From assembly GCF_009914755.1 (NCBI RefSeq), contig NC_060925.1: 64,000 nucleotides of DNA; one strand, written 5' to 3'. Positions 45,191 to 58,822 of the stretch are shown here, one piece after another. The notes beneath the pieces were generated by a model that was given only the letters and a program-made list of their open reading frames with translations, ran no database searches and had not been told where the DNA came from. How positions within the stretch are numbered: position 1 is the stretch's first letter; the number at the start of each line of letters is the position of its first letter. This stretch comes from the human T2T-CHM13v2.0 reference genome, Homo sapiens. The position numbers were made by a program, and so were the translations under genes.

Positions 45191-46416
45191 ATCATAGAGA
45201 AGAGATAACACATTTGAGAGAAATGTGTTTCTTAATCCATCTTCAGTCTCTATTGTGAGGCAGACACTACCTCCACCAGGCATTTCCCTCTTTAAGAGTG
45301 TGTTTGAAGACACCCTAAACTTTAATATTTGTGGCAGACCTGATCTTTGCACAAATGATTGGGAGTTATTTTTTAAAGGGCCAGGGACTTCATCACTGCA
45401 TATCTTTTGGCATGAGGCTAAAGAGAAGAAGGTGTAGAAATCCTGACATTGTTAGGAGATATTTTTCACTTTGTTTTATAAAATGTAATGTACTTTCCAA
45501 AACTGTATATAAGCTAACCAGCTTCTATCTCCTCTATCACAGACGGAGCTGAGCAGAGTTAAGCATTCTGATTTCAATTCATGAAGCAGGAAATCTTTCT
45601 GGCAGGTCCTGGTGAGTTTCCAGTTTGGCTGCTGACAGATAGAGAAATGTGCTTTCTATAGCCTCTTCCTCTCCATCCCACGTCCACTGTGCACATTCTT
45701 CAGAGCCGGCAAGAGTCACTGACAGGACATGGCACCCATGGTTTGAAGCGCCGACTTTTCTCTGCAGGTGGCCCAGAGCCAGTGAAGGACTTTCTTGAAG
45801 CACATAGCACGCCATGGTCATACAACGGCGATATGTAGCCTGGGTGTCACTCACTGAGACACATTTCCTCCCTCCACCCCCACCCATCTTTCTTAAAATT
45901 TAGCATTTTCTGGACAAGATCAGGCTTACTATAAGACAGTGCTTAGAAAAACTGATGTTAAGATGGAAAAAATAAGGGAAGGAGAGGGAAGAAAAGGTGG
46001 GAAAGAGATTAGAAAAAGAGGAGGAAGATGATGGGGAAACTGGAAACAAAGAGTTAAAAAAAGTGGGGAGGAATAATGCTGTGAGGTTGAAGACTTCTAC
46101 CTCAATGCCTTTGCATTTGCTGCCTCCACTAGTAACTCTCTCTCCTCAGTGATCTCACTCCCTCAATTCACTTCACACATCACTTTACAGTGACGCCATC
46201 CTTGGACTCCCTAGCAAAATCCACCCCCTTCCGTCACTCGCTAATTGCTTAACCAGTTCTACTTTCCTTCATAGCAGTGATCACCACCTAGAATATCACA
46301 CATTTATTGGTTTGTCTTTCCTCAAGGGAATGTAAACTTCACCAGTACAGGGACTTTTTCAATTTCATTCCCTGCTATATTTTAAGCATCTAGTACAATG
46401 CCTGGCACAGAGCAGG

Positions 46417-46997
46417 TATATTAGTCAGAGTTCTCCAGAGAGACAGAATGAATAGGCTATGGACAGACACATAGAAAGATATAAGAGGAGATTGATTAGG
46501 GGAATTGGCTCATGTGATTATGGAGGCTGAGAAGTACCATGACAGGCTACCTCTACGTTAGAGACCTCAGGAAGCTGGTAGCATGACCTAGTCCAAGTCT
46601 AAAGACCTCTGAACCAGAGAAGCCGATAGTGTAACTCTCAATCCAAGGCCAAAAGCCCAAGAAAACCAGGGAGAGGCCACTGGTGCAGGTCCTGACCTGA
46701 CCTAAAGGCCAGTAAGTCTGGAGTTCTGATGTCCAAGGGTAGGAGAAGAAGGGTGTGCCAGCTCCAGAAGGGAGGGGAAAGAATTTGCCTTTCTTCTACT
46801 TTTTTGCTCTCTTCAGGCCCCCCTTGATTGGACAGTGCCTATGTACATTGAGGGCAGACTTCCTCCCTCAGTCCACTGACTCACACGCCGGTCTCCTCTG
46901 GAAGCACCCTCATGGACACACCCAGAAACAATGCTGTACCAGTTCTCTAGGTGTTCCTTAATCTTGTCAAGTTTGGCACCTAAAATTAACCATTACA
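46417..46997 (-). mobile_element. MLT2 (ERVL) solo LTR inserted in an L2 3' end
   Basis: tattagtcagagttctccagagagacagaa...aaaattaaccattaca; L2 tail cctggcacagagcagg|gtaggtgttcagtaaacatttgttgaat is split around it. Confidence 0.85.
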
Positions 46998-47975
46998 GTA
47001 GGTGTTCAGTAAACATTTGTTGAATACATAAATGGGAGGTCCTGGGGCTCCTTAAGAAAAAACAACAACAACAACAAAAAACCTCCTCCTTCCCCACCCA
47101 ATCTCACAATGTCCCTGGAAAGAATGATCATTTTTATTTCATAACTTTATTTCATGGAGATAAATTGTTTTTATTCACATATAGTTTGAACCTTCCCCTC
47201 CTTTTCATAATTTTTTCCTACCAACACCCTAACCTCCTATAGAGTGAGAGAGAAAGAGAGCGGGAGGACACGTGCCAGTTCGTGTGCCATCAAAGGAATC
47301 GGCCTTTCTTTCATGGCAATGCCTTTGGAGCAAACCTGAAGCCTGTAAGGCAACAACAATGACAGTCTCTTTCCCACCTCCCAGAAGAGGATGAGAATAA
47401 AACCAGCGATAATGGGAAGAGTGTGATGTGAGGCAGAGCTAACATCACAGAGATCCCAGGGAACATTATTTTTCCCTCTCCTTTCTAAAGACACCATAAA
47501 AAGCTCCAGATTTTTCTTTCTGAGTGGTGACTGCTTTAAAGAATATAAAATCTGAGATACTGTGAACCCCCACATGATTTCACCTCTGGCAACTGATGTG
47601 AGACACAGTGATGGGACTTCATGGTTGTTATATTTGACTTGCAGCCTTGGGAGGAGGGCAGTTAGAAAGGAGGACTGTCCTGAAGTAATGGTAGCCCCAT
47701 TGGGGTTTGGGGCTTTGTGTCATAGTTTAAGCAATTCAGGGAGGAGAGATTGAAGGAATGGATGAAAAGGAACCACAAGAAAGAGAGGTGGGGGGAGATG
47801 CAAAAGTGAGGAAGCGGGAGAGAAGAGATAAAGGAGCCAAGCTCACTTGTTGCCCTGTCTATGGGGACCAAGAAATCTCCAGCTTGGGTTTGATCAGTTT
47901 AGGGCAATGACCCTCAAATCTTCACTTCCAGCAATCCTTAATCATTTGATGGAATTTTCTATCCAGCATACTTTA

Positions 47976-48936
47976 TGTAATATAATAAAGGACTTGTGTG
48001 GTCTTTTTCCCAGGTTCCTGGGACTCTCTCAGCCCTCACCCCATGTGTCTCTTCATGTGGCTGGTCCTGACCTATATCCTTTCTCGTAAGTGTCTGTAAT
48101 TGGAAGTAGAGCACTTTCCTGAGTTCTGTGAGTCGTTCCAGTGAATTATCTAACCTGACCAGGTCATGAGAATCCCTGAGTATCTAGTTAGTCCGAAGTG
48201 TAGGTGGCCTGGAGACCCCCTGAACTTGTGGCTGGTGTCTGAAGTTGAGACCCTCGTGAGGGGGACTGTGCCCTTCATTTGTGGGGTGTATTACTCAGGG
48301 TCCTCCAGAGAGACAGAATCAGTGGGATATATGAAAGGTGATTTATTAGGGGGAGTTGGCTCACACAATCATGGAAGTGGAGAAGTCCCACAATAGTTGT
48401 CTGTGAGCTGGAAAACCGGAGAAGCCGGTAGCACAGTTCAAAGCTGGTAGCATGAATGGTTCAGTCCAAGTCTAGAAGCCTCAGAACAGGGAAGCAGACA
48501 GTGCAGGCCCCCGTCATCTGAGGCTACAGACCTGACTGTCCCCAGAAGGCCACTGGCACAAGTCCCAGAGTCCAAAAGCAGAAGGGCCTGAGTCTTATGT
48601 CCAAAGTCAGGAGGAAAAAAAGCATTCCATCCCAGAAGGGAGAGAGAGAAAAAGGGGGAGAGAGAGAGAACAAGCCCCCTTCTTCTGCCTGCTTGTGCCA
48701 GCCAGGGCCACTGACGATTGGATGGTGACTGCCCCCTTAAGGGTGAATCTTCTGCTCTCTCTCAGTCCGCTGACTCACACCCTCACAGGCATGCCCAGAA
48801 ACAATGCTTCATCAGCCGTATAGGCAGCCCTGAATCCAGTTAAACTGACACGTAAAATTAACCGTCACATGAGATCTGCCCTAACTCTGGGTGGTTAATG
48901 CCAGAATTCAATTGCAGAACACCAGTGGGTGTTAGA
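47976..48936. mobile_element. MER21-like LTR with nested MLT2 LTR (48287-48869, - strand)
   Basis: MER21-like flanks; nested tgtattactcagggtcctccagagagacagaa...aaaattaaccgtcaca. Confidence 0.7.
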
Positions 48937-49127
48937 ATATCCTACTTATTCAATTTAGCAAAAATATTAATTCCTTGGTGAAGCCTTCCTTGACTTCCCC
49001 AGAATTAGTTGCTCCCTTTCTCTCCTTTTATTCTATTAATATATCTATAATAGCACACACCATATTTTTGCACACATATAGTTTTTCTATTGAAAGGTCT
49101 GTTTCCCCTATTATCTGGGCCCTCTTC

Positions 49128-50400
49128 AGGCAGGGCTCCCCTACTGTGTGCAGTCTAGGGACTTGGTGCCCTGTGACCCAGCCGCTGTAGCGGTGGCTAA
49201 AAGGGGCCAAGGTACAACTCAGGCCACTGCTTCAGGGGTGCAAACCCCAAGCTCTGGCAGCTTCCACATGGTGTTGGGCCTGTGGGTACACAGAAGTCAA
49301 GAACTGAGGTTTGGGAACTTCTGCCTAGATTTCAGAGGATGTATGAAAACACCTGAATATCTGGGCAGAAGCTTGCTACAGGGGCAGAACCCTCATGGGG
49401 AACCTCTGCTAGGGCAGTGCAGAAGGGAAATGTGGGGTCAGAGCCCCCACACAGAGTCCCCACTGGGGCACTTCCTAGTGGAGCTGTGAGAAGAAGACCA
49501 CCATCCTGCAGACCCCAGAATGGTAGATCCACAACGGCTTGCACCATGTGCCTGGAAAAGCCACAGACACTTAATGCCAGCCCATGAAAGCAGCCAGGAG
49601 TGGGACTGTACCCTGCAAAGCCACAGGAGTGGAGCTGCCCAAAGCCATGGGAGCCCAACTCTTGCATCAGTGTGACCTGGATGTGAGACATGGAGTCAAA
49701 GGAGATTATTTCAGAGATTTAAGATTCAGTCACTGCCTTACTGGATTTTGGGCTTGTATGGGGCCTGTAGCCGCTTTGTTTTGGCCAATTTCTCCCATTT
49801 GGGACAACTGTATTTACCCAATGCCTGTACCCCCATTGTATCTAGGAAGTAACTAACTTGCTTGTGATTTTACAGGCTCATAGGTGGAAGGGACTTGCCT
49901 TGTCTCAGATAAGACTTTGGACTTGGACTTTCAAGTTAATGCTGAAATGAGTTAAGACCTTGGGGGACTGTTGGGAAGGCATGATTGGTTTTGAAATGTG
50001 AGGATATGATATTTGGGAGGGGCTGGGGTGGAATGATATGGTTTGGCCATGTCCCCATCCATATGTCATCTTGAATTGTAGCTCCCATAATTCCCACGTT
50101 TTGTGGAAGGGACCTAGTAGGGGGTAATTGAGTCATGGGGCAGGTTTTTCCTGTGCTGTTCTCATGATAGTGAATAAGTCTCATGAGATCTGATGGTTTT
50201 ATAAAAGGGCAATTCCCCTGCACTTGCTCTTTCTTGCCTGCCACCATGTAAGGTATGCCTTTGCTCCTCCTTTGCCTTCAGCCATGATTGTGAGGCCTCC
50301 CCAGCCATATGAAACTGTGAGTCCATTAAACATCTTTTTCTTTATAAATTCCCCAGTCTTGGGTATGTCTTTATTAGCAGCATGAGTGCAGACTAATACA
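49128..50400 (+). mobile_element. THE1-type MaLR: 3' part of internal sequence plus 3' LTR (50034-50400)
   Basis: MaLR internal motifs, polypurine tract gggaggggctggggtggaa, LTR tgatatggtttgg...gactaataca. Confidence 0.9.
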
Positions 50401-51869
50401 AAATACAACAAGGAAGTCCAATGAGAGGGAAACTCCCCAGGGAGAGATGGTGGCTTCTTCATGTATCTCAATGTGTATTTGGGGGCTGGAGCCAGGTGGG
50501 AAGATATGATGAATGGTCCTAGGGAAATTGTCCAGGCCCTGCCCACAAAAGAGAAAACTAGGGCTACCCCGGAGAAAATGTCAAATTTGTAAGGAAAATC
50601 GACAAACTTTTATTCCATTTGTAATAATCAGCACTGCAATTCAGTTTGGTTGTGCCCAATTTCACATCCAGCCCACACTTTCCTAAATCCCGTGGCACAT
50701 TCTATCCCATCTTAGCCCATGCCCTGGCCCCTTTCTCAGCAGGGCTCCCCCAGTGCTCTCTGACTCATTTTCCTTACAGCAGCAGCAGTAGCAACTAGCT
50801 TTCTGTGTCCTTCAATGGCTGCAAGATGTGACAAGGAGAAAAGTTATGTTCTAGAAGCCTTTGCAGCTTCGGTTAAGATTAGAATAGCTAGTTTCTGGGA
50901 AGAGACAAGTTCCAGAGAGGGTACAGATTGAGAATTTAGGGATGGGGACTTTTATAAACTGTGCCCCAACTCCATGAAAGAATGAGGGAGAGAGAGCTCA
51001 AGGGCTCGCTCCACAGGGAAGGCTGGAGTGGGGGATGACTAATGCAATTACCCATTTGGAATTTAGCTTAGAAGATGAAAAGAAATAGACTAGAGGTGAC
51101 AGGCTTAAAAATTCCTTTTTTTTTTTTTTTTTTTTGGTTTGTTCCCAATCCTCTCCTAGTCCAGTGTTGGGAGAGGAGCTGCGGTAAGGAGAGTGGAGAG
51201 AGACAGAAAGGAAGGATAAATAAAAAGAGATTTTAAAAAGAAAGGGAGTCTTAATGTGGAGAGGATCAGTAAAAAGTAAATAAATAAATACAATTTAAAA
51301 AGAAAGAGAGTATGTGAGGACACCAAGGAGTGTGGCTAATGTGGTTAACCCTGACCCGAGGACAAGATAGGTTATTAATTTTGATCTCCCAGACTTAGGA
51401 TTGCCACGAAAATACATAGTTGAGAGGCAGGGGCTAGACAGTGGGGAATGGAAAGCAAGTGTCTGATTCCAGAGGAAAGCAGAGAGTTGCCACGGTAGGA
51501 GGAGAAAAACTCTCACCTGAGAGATCATAGTCCCTGGCTTGGGAAGACCTAATGCAAGAACCGGGAGAAGAAACCACCAAAAAATTTGCCTAACCAGCTG
51601 ACAAGTCACTGCCGTGGGGTGGCTCTGAGCTGTGCTGTGTCTCCCTCCTTCCTTGGCCATGGCCCCATCTTCCCCATGTGGTTGGACATTCTCACCACTG
51701 GGACGTCAGGAGGTATAGAGTTTAATTCAGGTTCTTCCACCAACTAGTTCTGTGGCTCCTGTTTAATCTCCAGAAGCTTCATCTGAATATTCCTTTCAGG
51801 GAAAGCACACCAGCTAGAGCCGTGGTGGGGAGAATGGCTTGATCTACATAACCCACTAGGTATTTTTTC

Positions 51870-52186
51870 AGATCTTAAAAGACTGAGAAACTGTCACAGC
51901 CAAGAGGAGCCTAAGCAGACATGACAACTAAGTAGAGTGTGGTAAACTGAATGGGATTCTGGGACAGAAAAGAGGCACTGGGGGAAACAGAAAATCTGAA
52001 TGAAGTGCAGAACTCTGTTAATAAAAATTTCTCAAAATTGGTTCATTGATTGTGACAAATGTACCATACTAATGTTAGATGCCAATAATAGGGGACGCTT
52101 GATGTGGGGTATATGGGAACTCTCTGTGCTATCTTTACTATGTTTCTGTTAATCTAAAATACCCTTAAAAAAAAAGTTTATTTAAA
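51870..52186 (+). mobile_element. L1MC-like 3' end
   Basis: gactgagaaactgtcacagccaagaggagcctaag...atatgggaactctctgt. Confidence 0.75.
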
Positions 52187-53292
52187 AACTGTGAGTTATC
52201 TTATAGTGTGGACTCAAAGATGAGGACATGGCCTCTGGAAGGGCCACATTTAAGATACCGCTGTGTGTGTGTGTGTGCATGCACATATATAAACAGATAA
52301 GTTTTCTATGATGAACATGTAATACTTTTGTAATGAAACAGTAATTTAAAATAAGTTGCATATTATACACTATTTGGAAGAAGAAAGGAGGTAAAGCAGC
52401 CATTTCAATTAATATGTTTATGAATTCGTTTATTGAATCTTTTATTTAACAACATGTACTAAGCTTGCATATAATTGGACAAGGCATTCTATGGCAAGAA
52501 TGAGACAAACGAAGCCTGATTTTTTACAGGTGAGAAGCAGCTGTGGAGAGCTGATGCACAAGCCCACAGTAGGGTGAGCAAGCCTGGAGTAGGGTGACAA
52601 CATGGAGGAGGGAGCGCCTGGCTCTGCCAGGAATCGGCCAAGGCTCAACAGTGTTTATGCCTTAAGACAAGAAAACAGCACGGAGTTGAGAGCTTAAGCT
52701 CTGGAACTGGGCAAGTTCTCTCAAAGCCTCATCGGGCTACTCTAAGAATTAAATTAAAACACTAACAAGCACAGAATAAGCTAGTTCCTGATATAGTAAG
52801 AGCTTATTATGTGCCAGGAACTGTTGTAAGTACTTTACATCTGTTAAACTCATCTAATCCTCACATCCAATCTATGAGGGAGACACTGTCATTACCCCTC
52901 ATTCTAGAAAAGAGGGAGCTGAGGCACCGAGAAGATACCAATTTGTCCATGGATACCAGCTAGTTAATGGTGGAACCAGGGCAGAACCCAGGCAGTCCAG
53001 CTGCAGAGTCTGTAAACTGAACTCTCATCCCAGCCACATCTTTCAATGACTAACACAATTATCATTTTGAAGGGTGAGTAAAGGCCAGTAGGGAAGTGAG
53101 GTGATGAAAGCTTTTATAGATCTTACAACTTAATAGCCTAGACCTCAGGGGAGGTCTCACTGTGATGTAGATTTGAGGTCTTCAGCATATGGTGGAAGGT
53201 GAGGCCTCTGAGCTGATGAAATGGCCCAGGAGAGCACCCTGCCCAGTGCCAGCACAGGACATCTGGAGCTCTGAACAGAGTTCAATAGCAAC

Positions 53293-55435
53293 TGTTTTAG
53301 CTCAGGTTGCTACAACAAAATGCCACAGACTGGGTGCTTTAAAAAACATATATGTATTTCTCACAGTTCTGGAGGCTGTGAAGTCCAGGATCAAGGTGCT
53401 GGCAGATCCAGTGTCTGATGAGGGCTCTCTTCCTGGTTTGCAGATGGCCATCTTCTTGTTCTATCTTCACATAGTGGAGAGCAGAGAGAGGAAGCAAGCT
53501 CTTGTGTTTCTTCTTATAAGGGCACTAATCCTTTACATGAGGTCTCCACCCTCATAACCTAATTACCTCCCAAAGTTCCCACCACATAATACCATCACAT
53601 TGGGGATTAGAATTTCAACATATGTATTCTGGGGAGACAAAATCATGCAATCCATAATATTCTGCCCATGGCCCCCCCACACTTCATGTTCTTCTCACAT
53701 GCAAAATACATTCATTCCATTCCGACAATCCCAAAAGCCTTAACTGGTTGCAGCATCAACTGTAAAGTCTGAAGTCCGAAGTCTCATTGAAATATTATCT
53801 AAATCAGGTTTGGGTGAGACTGAAGATGCAATTCATCCTGAGGCAAAATTCCTCTGCATCTGTGAACCTGTGAAACAAAACAAGTAATGTGCTTCAAAAG
53901 TGCAATATGGTTGGATAGTCAGAGGATAGACAGTCCCATTCCAGAAGGGAGAAGTTGGAGAGAAGGAAAAGGTGATGGGGCCTCACTAAGGCAAATCCCA
54001 TGAGGTCTTAAGGCTTGAGAATAATCCTCTTTGGCTTGATGATCTGTCCTCCATGCCCACTGGGGTGGCAATATCACCTGCAAAGCTCTGGGAGGCACAT
54101 TGTCATGGCTTCTTTTGAAGGCCCTCTACCCTGTTGAAACCTAGGGAATTGCCCGATGTTCTGTGAATCACCTTCGGGGGGCCTTCTTCCCATGTCCTTC
54201 CTTCCTTCCCTCCCTCCACGCCCTCCCTCCCTTCTTTCCTTCTTTCCTTCTTTCCTTCCTTCCTTCCTTTCCTTCCTTCCTTCCTTCTTTCCTTCCCTCC
54301 CTCCCTTGTCCCTTCCTGTTTTCTCTGTTTCTGTTAGTCCCAGCTGGCAGTGTTTCTGCTGGTATAATCTCATCTCTATTCTTGATGTTTTTTTGAGATG
54401 GCTGATTAAGTCCATGATTCACATCTGCACTAATCTCCTTATTAAAATGTCAGTTTGCCACCTCCTTAGTGTTTTCTTCTGAACATACTTTCTCACTTTT
54501 GTGTTATGAAAAGGCTGAGAATTTTCCAAATCTTTAAGTTCTGGTTCCTGTTTGCTTAACAATTCTGTCCTTAAGTCATTTCTTTCCTCTTGCATTTTAC
54601 CACAAGAAGTCAGGACACACCATGCCTCTCCTTCAACATTTTACTTAAAAATCTGCTCAGCTAAATATCCAGGATCATTGCTTGCAAGTTCTACATTCCA
54701 CAAAACAATAGAATTTGAACACAATTCAGCCAAGCTCTTTGCTACTCTATAACAAAGATGGGCTTTTCTTCATTGTCCTATGTGCTCCTCATTTCCATCT
54801 GAGACCTCATCAGAATGGCCTTTACCATACATATTTCAACCAATATTGTGCTCATGATAACTTACATATTCTCCAAAAAATACGTTTTCTCTACAGGTCT
54901 CCCCTCTCCTTGTGAACCTCCAACAGACCTCCCTTTAGCCGTCCCTTTGCAGCAATATTGGGTTTTTCTAGCATGTACCTCAAAAGTCTTCCAGCATCTA
55001 CCCATTACCCAGTTCCACAGCTACTTCCACATGTTCAGGTGTTTGTTACAGCAGCACCCCACTTCTCAGTACCAATTTCTGTCTTAATCAGTTTGGGCTA
55101 CTATAACAATTTGCTATAGAATGGATGGCTTAAACAATAAACATCTATGTCTCACAGTTCTGGAGGCTGAGAAGTCCAAGATCAAGGTGCTGGCAGATCC
55201 AGTGTCTGGGGAGGGCCCAAGAAGTGCTTGGGTTGTAGATGGCCACCCTCCCTTGTATCCTCAGATGGTGGAGAGCAGAGTGAGATCAAGCTCTCTCATG
55301 TCTCTTCTTAGAAGAGGGCTCCACCTTCATGACCTAATTACCGCCTAAAGACTCCACATTCTAATACCATCACATTGGAGGTTAAGATTTTGACACACGA
55401 ATTTGGGCAGGGACACACATGTGCAGTCTATAACA
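53293..55435 (-). mobile_element. Two-LTR MLT1A-type MaLR provirus (LTR 53293-53660, internal, LTR ~55080-55435)
   Basis: Two homologous direct LTRs, MaLR internal sequence, TSD gcaac/ggaac. Confidence 0.85.
54195..54320. repeat. (TTCC/TTTC)n polypyrimidine microsatellite
   Basis: Read directly from the sequence. Confidence 0.93.
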
Positions 55436-56264
55436 GGAACCATCTACTATAATTTGTTTCCGAGGGAAGGAGCAGAAACCTATCACTTTTGAGCGACTAT
55501 GATGTGCCAGGCCTTGTTCAAAAACTCAATGGCAGGTAAGATGATACTCGATTTCCTGATAAGTAACCTGCAGCTCTGAGAGTTGAAGTAAGTTTCCCAG
55601 TTGCAAGCTGGTCAATGTAAGATCAGGAAATCCCAGGGCTGTGTGTGCTCTTTCTTCCACACTGCACCCATCACAGGTGAGCCAGGCCGTTGGAGCAGCC
55701 CTCTGAGGGTAGCACCTGAGAGGAGACGTGGTCCTGGTGAACACACATGCGAGGCCCTTCCAGCAAGGGCCTAGCTGCTGGAACTGTAAAGCACAGTGGG
55801 CCCTGGCCCCTTCCTGACCATCAGGCCCCATCATTTGTATTGCCCTCCATGGTGTTGGCCCAGGCTCCAGCCATAGGATGATGGTCTCTGGGTAATTTCT
55901 GAGATTTCAGGTCATTTTTTTTTCTTTTTTTCATTCTTATTGGTATTCTGGGTTTTCTTCAGTGAATATAATAGAAATAATAAGTAAAGAAAGATCCTGC
56001 TCCTCTAGAAAGCAGATGAACATGTAAACAGGTAACTATTGCACAAGATGGAGCCAAACACAGAAAGCAGAGGACTGTGTCAGTTCAAAGAGAAAAGTGA
56101 TTCATTCTGCCTGTAGAAATCAAAGATTCAAGGAGGAGGTGACTGTTCTGGGCATTAAAAAATGAATAGGATTTTGATGTATAAAAAGTCTCCTGGACTG
56201 TGGGAATAGACTTGAACTAAGGCCCAGAGTCATGCTAGGGTATGACAGGTCAGAAAGCAAAAGT

Positions 56265-56752
56265 TGTAGAGGGAGACTGAGCTAGCCAGCCCATAATATG
56301 GCCTTAGGAACTCCTACCTCCTGGTATTCGCACGTTTCTATAGTCCTCTCCCACACGGTATCAGGGTTGGTCTGTGCAACCAGTGGAACACAGTAGAAGG
56401 GATGGTGTGCCACTTCTGAAATAAGTTATAGAAGACACTCCAGCTTCCATCTTGGTCACTGTCTCCTATGCCTTATTTGTCTTGGATCACTCACCCTATG
56501 AAGAGACCCACGTATTGAGGGACTGAAGTTTCAGCAGCACATGAGTGACCTTCGAAATGGATCCTCCATCACCTTCAGATGACTGCAGCCCTGGATCACA
56601 ACTTCACCACAACCTTGAGAGTGACCCTCACCTTGAACCTCCCAGCCAAGCTGTTCTCAGGTACCCAGAAACCATGTGAAATGATAAATGTTTATTGTTT
56701 TAAGCTGCTAAATTTGGGGGTAATAGGTTATGCAGCAAGAGATAACTAAGAT
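56265..56752 (+). mobile_element. MLT1-type solo LTR
   Basis: ccttcagatgactgcagccc...ttgttttaagctgctaaattt...gataactaagata. Confidence 0.75.
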
Positions 56753-56986
56753 AGATGTAGTGGAAGCTAAAGCTGAAGAGAAATTTGAAGCCAAATCATA
56801 ATCAGCCTTGAATGCCCTGTCAAGAAATGTGGACTGACCTGTCAGCAATAGGGACCTGTTAGAGATGATCAAGGACCAAAGCACTGAAATATGCGTTAGA
56901 CAGGATCTCTGAAGGCTGTGTGAGGGAGGAACTGGAGACACGTCAGGATGCTCATACAGCAGGCTAGATGAGAAAAAACAAGGGCC

Positions 56987-57308
56987 TGGCCGGGCATGGT
57001 GGCTCAGACCTGTAATCCCAGCACTCTGGGAGGCCGAGGCAGCCAGAGGCAGATTGCTTGAGCTCATGAGTTTGAGACCAACCTGGGCAAGATGGCAAAA
57101 CCCTGTCTTTGCAAAACATACAAAAAGTAGGCTGGTGTGGTGGTGTGCACCTGTAGTCCCAGGTACTTGGGAGGCTGTGGTGGGAGGATGGCTTGAGCCT
57201 GGGAGGTGGAGGTTTCAGTCAGCCAAGATTGTGGCACTGCACTCCAGCCTGGGTGACAGAGCCAGACCTTGTCTCAAAACAAAAAACAGAACAAACAAAC
57301 AAAAAAAT
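56987..57308 (+). mobile_element. AluJ
   Basis: Alu dimer; flanking agggcctgg repeat. Confidence 0.9.
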
Positions 57309-58527
57309 CCACAAAAAGCGAGGGCCTGGACTGAGCAGTGCCAAAGGGAAGAGAGAGGAGGTGGCAGTTAGTAGATACATTGGAGTTAGAATTTCTGGGA
57401 CTTGTTTACTGATTGAATTGGGGGTCTGAGAGGGTGGGGGAGGTGTTAGACTCTGAATTGTGCAAAACAGACTCTCACTCAAATGCACCAAACAAGGGGA
57501 ACGATGACAGAGGAGAAGCCATAAACCAGGCCCTCCGCAAGCGCTATTCAGGCACTGGAAGAAGTGCTATTAGGAGGTTGCCTTGCCACCCGTCAGCAGC
57601 AGCACGCCATTGGTCTTCTATCTGCTATTGCTCTGTAGCTTGCTACTAAGGACTTCTCTTGTCTCACAACTTGCTTCCCCTTTGCTTTTGCAGACTTGTG
57701 GCACGTGATTTTATATCTGCCTCTCATCTTTCCTCTATGTGTCTTTTAACTTCTACTCCCCACTGGCTAATCGACTTGCTCTCTGCATCTCTAGTTGGAA
57801 CTTTGAGAGGGAAGGTCTTGACAATTCAGTTTATATCCATTGTCTCTGTGAGGCAACAGTCTCAGTAATTTGGCTGCCAGTGCTTCGAGTCCAGTCAGCT
57901 GTGGACAGGGAGGCAAGGTCACTTTGTCTAAGCAGGGCACCCTGGCTAGAAGAAATGTTTTGGGGAAGGGCTGCAGGCATGATAGGCTTTTTGAGGCTGA
58001 GCCTACATGGAAGCTGTCAGAAAGGACTGCAAAGTTTCTAGCCTGGGTCCCTATAAGAGAGGTTAAAGGAAATTGGCAATGAAGGATGAGAAGCCAGTTG
58101 GCTTGGTGGATGGAGAGGTTTGAGGTACATGTAGGAGAGAAAGACATACATGGAGGGAGATACCCAGAGGAAGCTTCAAATTCAGGTCTGGAATTCAACT
58201 GAGGTCAGACCTGGGGAAGAAGATTTAGAGAAGAGCACCAGAATGATCACAGAAGTTATAAGAATGAGGTGCCCTGGACACGGGGAGATAAAATTCAGTC
58301 CCCTCTGGGGATAGGAGGGCAAAGGAATAACTGGACTGATTCTTTGTCTTTCTCCACAGAAGGCCAGCTAACTTCCAAAATTACCCAAGGATTCATCATA
58401 TCAAGGGGCAAATGGCTTCCTGTTTCTCTCTGTGTCCTCTCAGGGCATTAGTGTCTGGCCCTCTCTCAAGGTACCTGAATGCTGGGAGCCTGAATCTGAC
58501 AATGCCCATTGCACCTCACAAATCAGC

Positions 58528-58822
58528 TTGAGACAATGCTCACATATGTTCCCCCTGCTTCATATGTCTTGGTTATACTTGAGTAACGCTCATATACTTT
58601 TACCCCATTTTGTATCTCTCAGTTATACTTGAATAACGCTCATATACTTTTCCCATTTCGTATCTCTCAGTTGTACTTGAGTAACACTCATACATTTTTC
58701 CCATTTCGTATCTCTCAGTTGTTACTCAGTTGAGTAACACTCATATACTTTTCCCCTGTTTTGTATCTCTCTGTTATACCTTGAGTAATGCTCATATACT
58801 TTTCCCCTACCTTGCATCTCTT
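58528..58822. repeat. Minisatellite, about 6 units of 48-54 bp
   Basis: Unit cttgagtaacRctcatatacttttcccYatttYgtatctctcagttata starting at about 58528, 58578, 58628, 58676, 58730 and 58780. Confidence 0.92.

Noticed and set aside
49148-50546. Cluster of 90-119 aa ORFs
   Set aside because: Decayed THE1/MaLR internal and LTR sequence
54074-54482. GRKE/FLPS-repeat ORFs
   Set aside because: Translation of the (TTCC)n microsatellite
58528-58822. CRISPR-like array
   Set aside because: Eukaryotic context, tandem units without unique spacers, no cas genes
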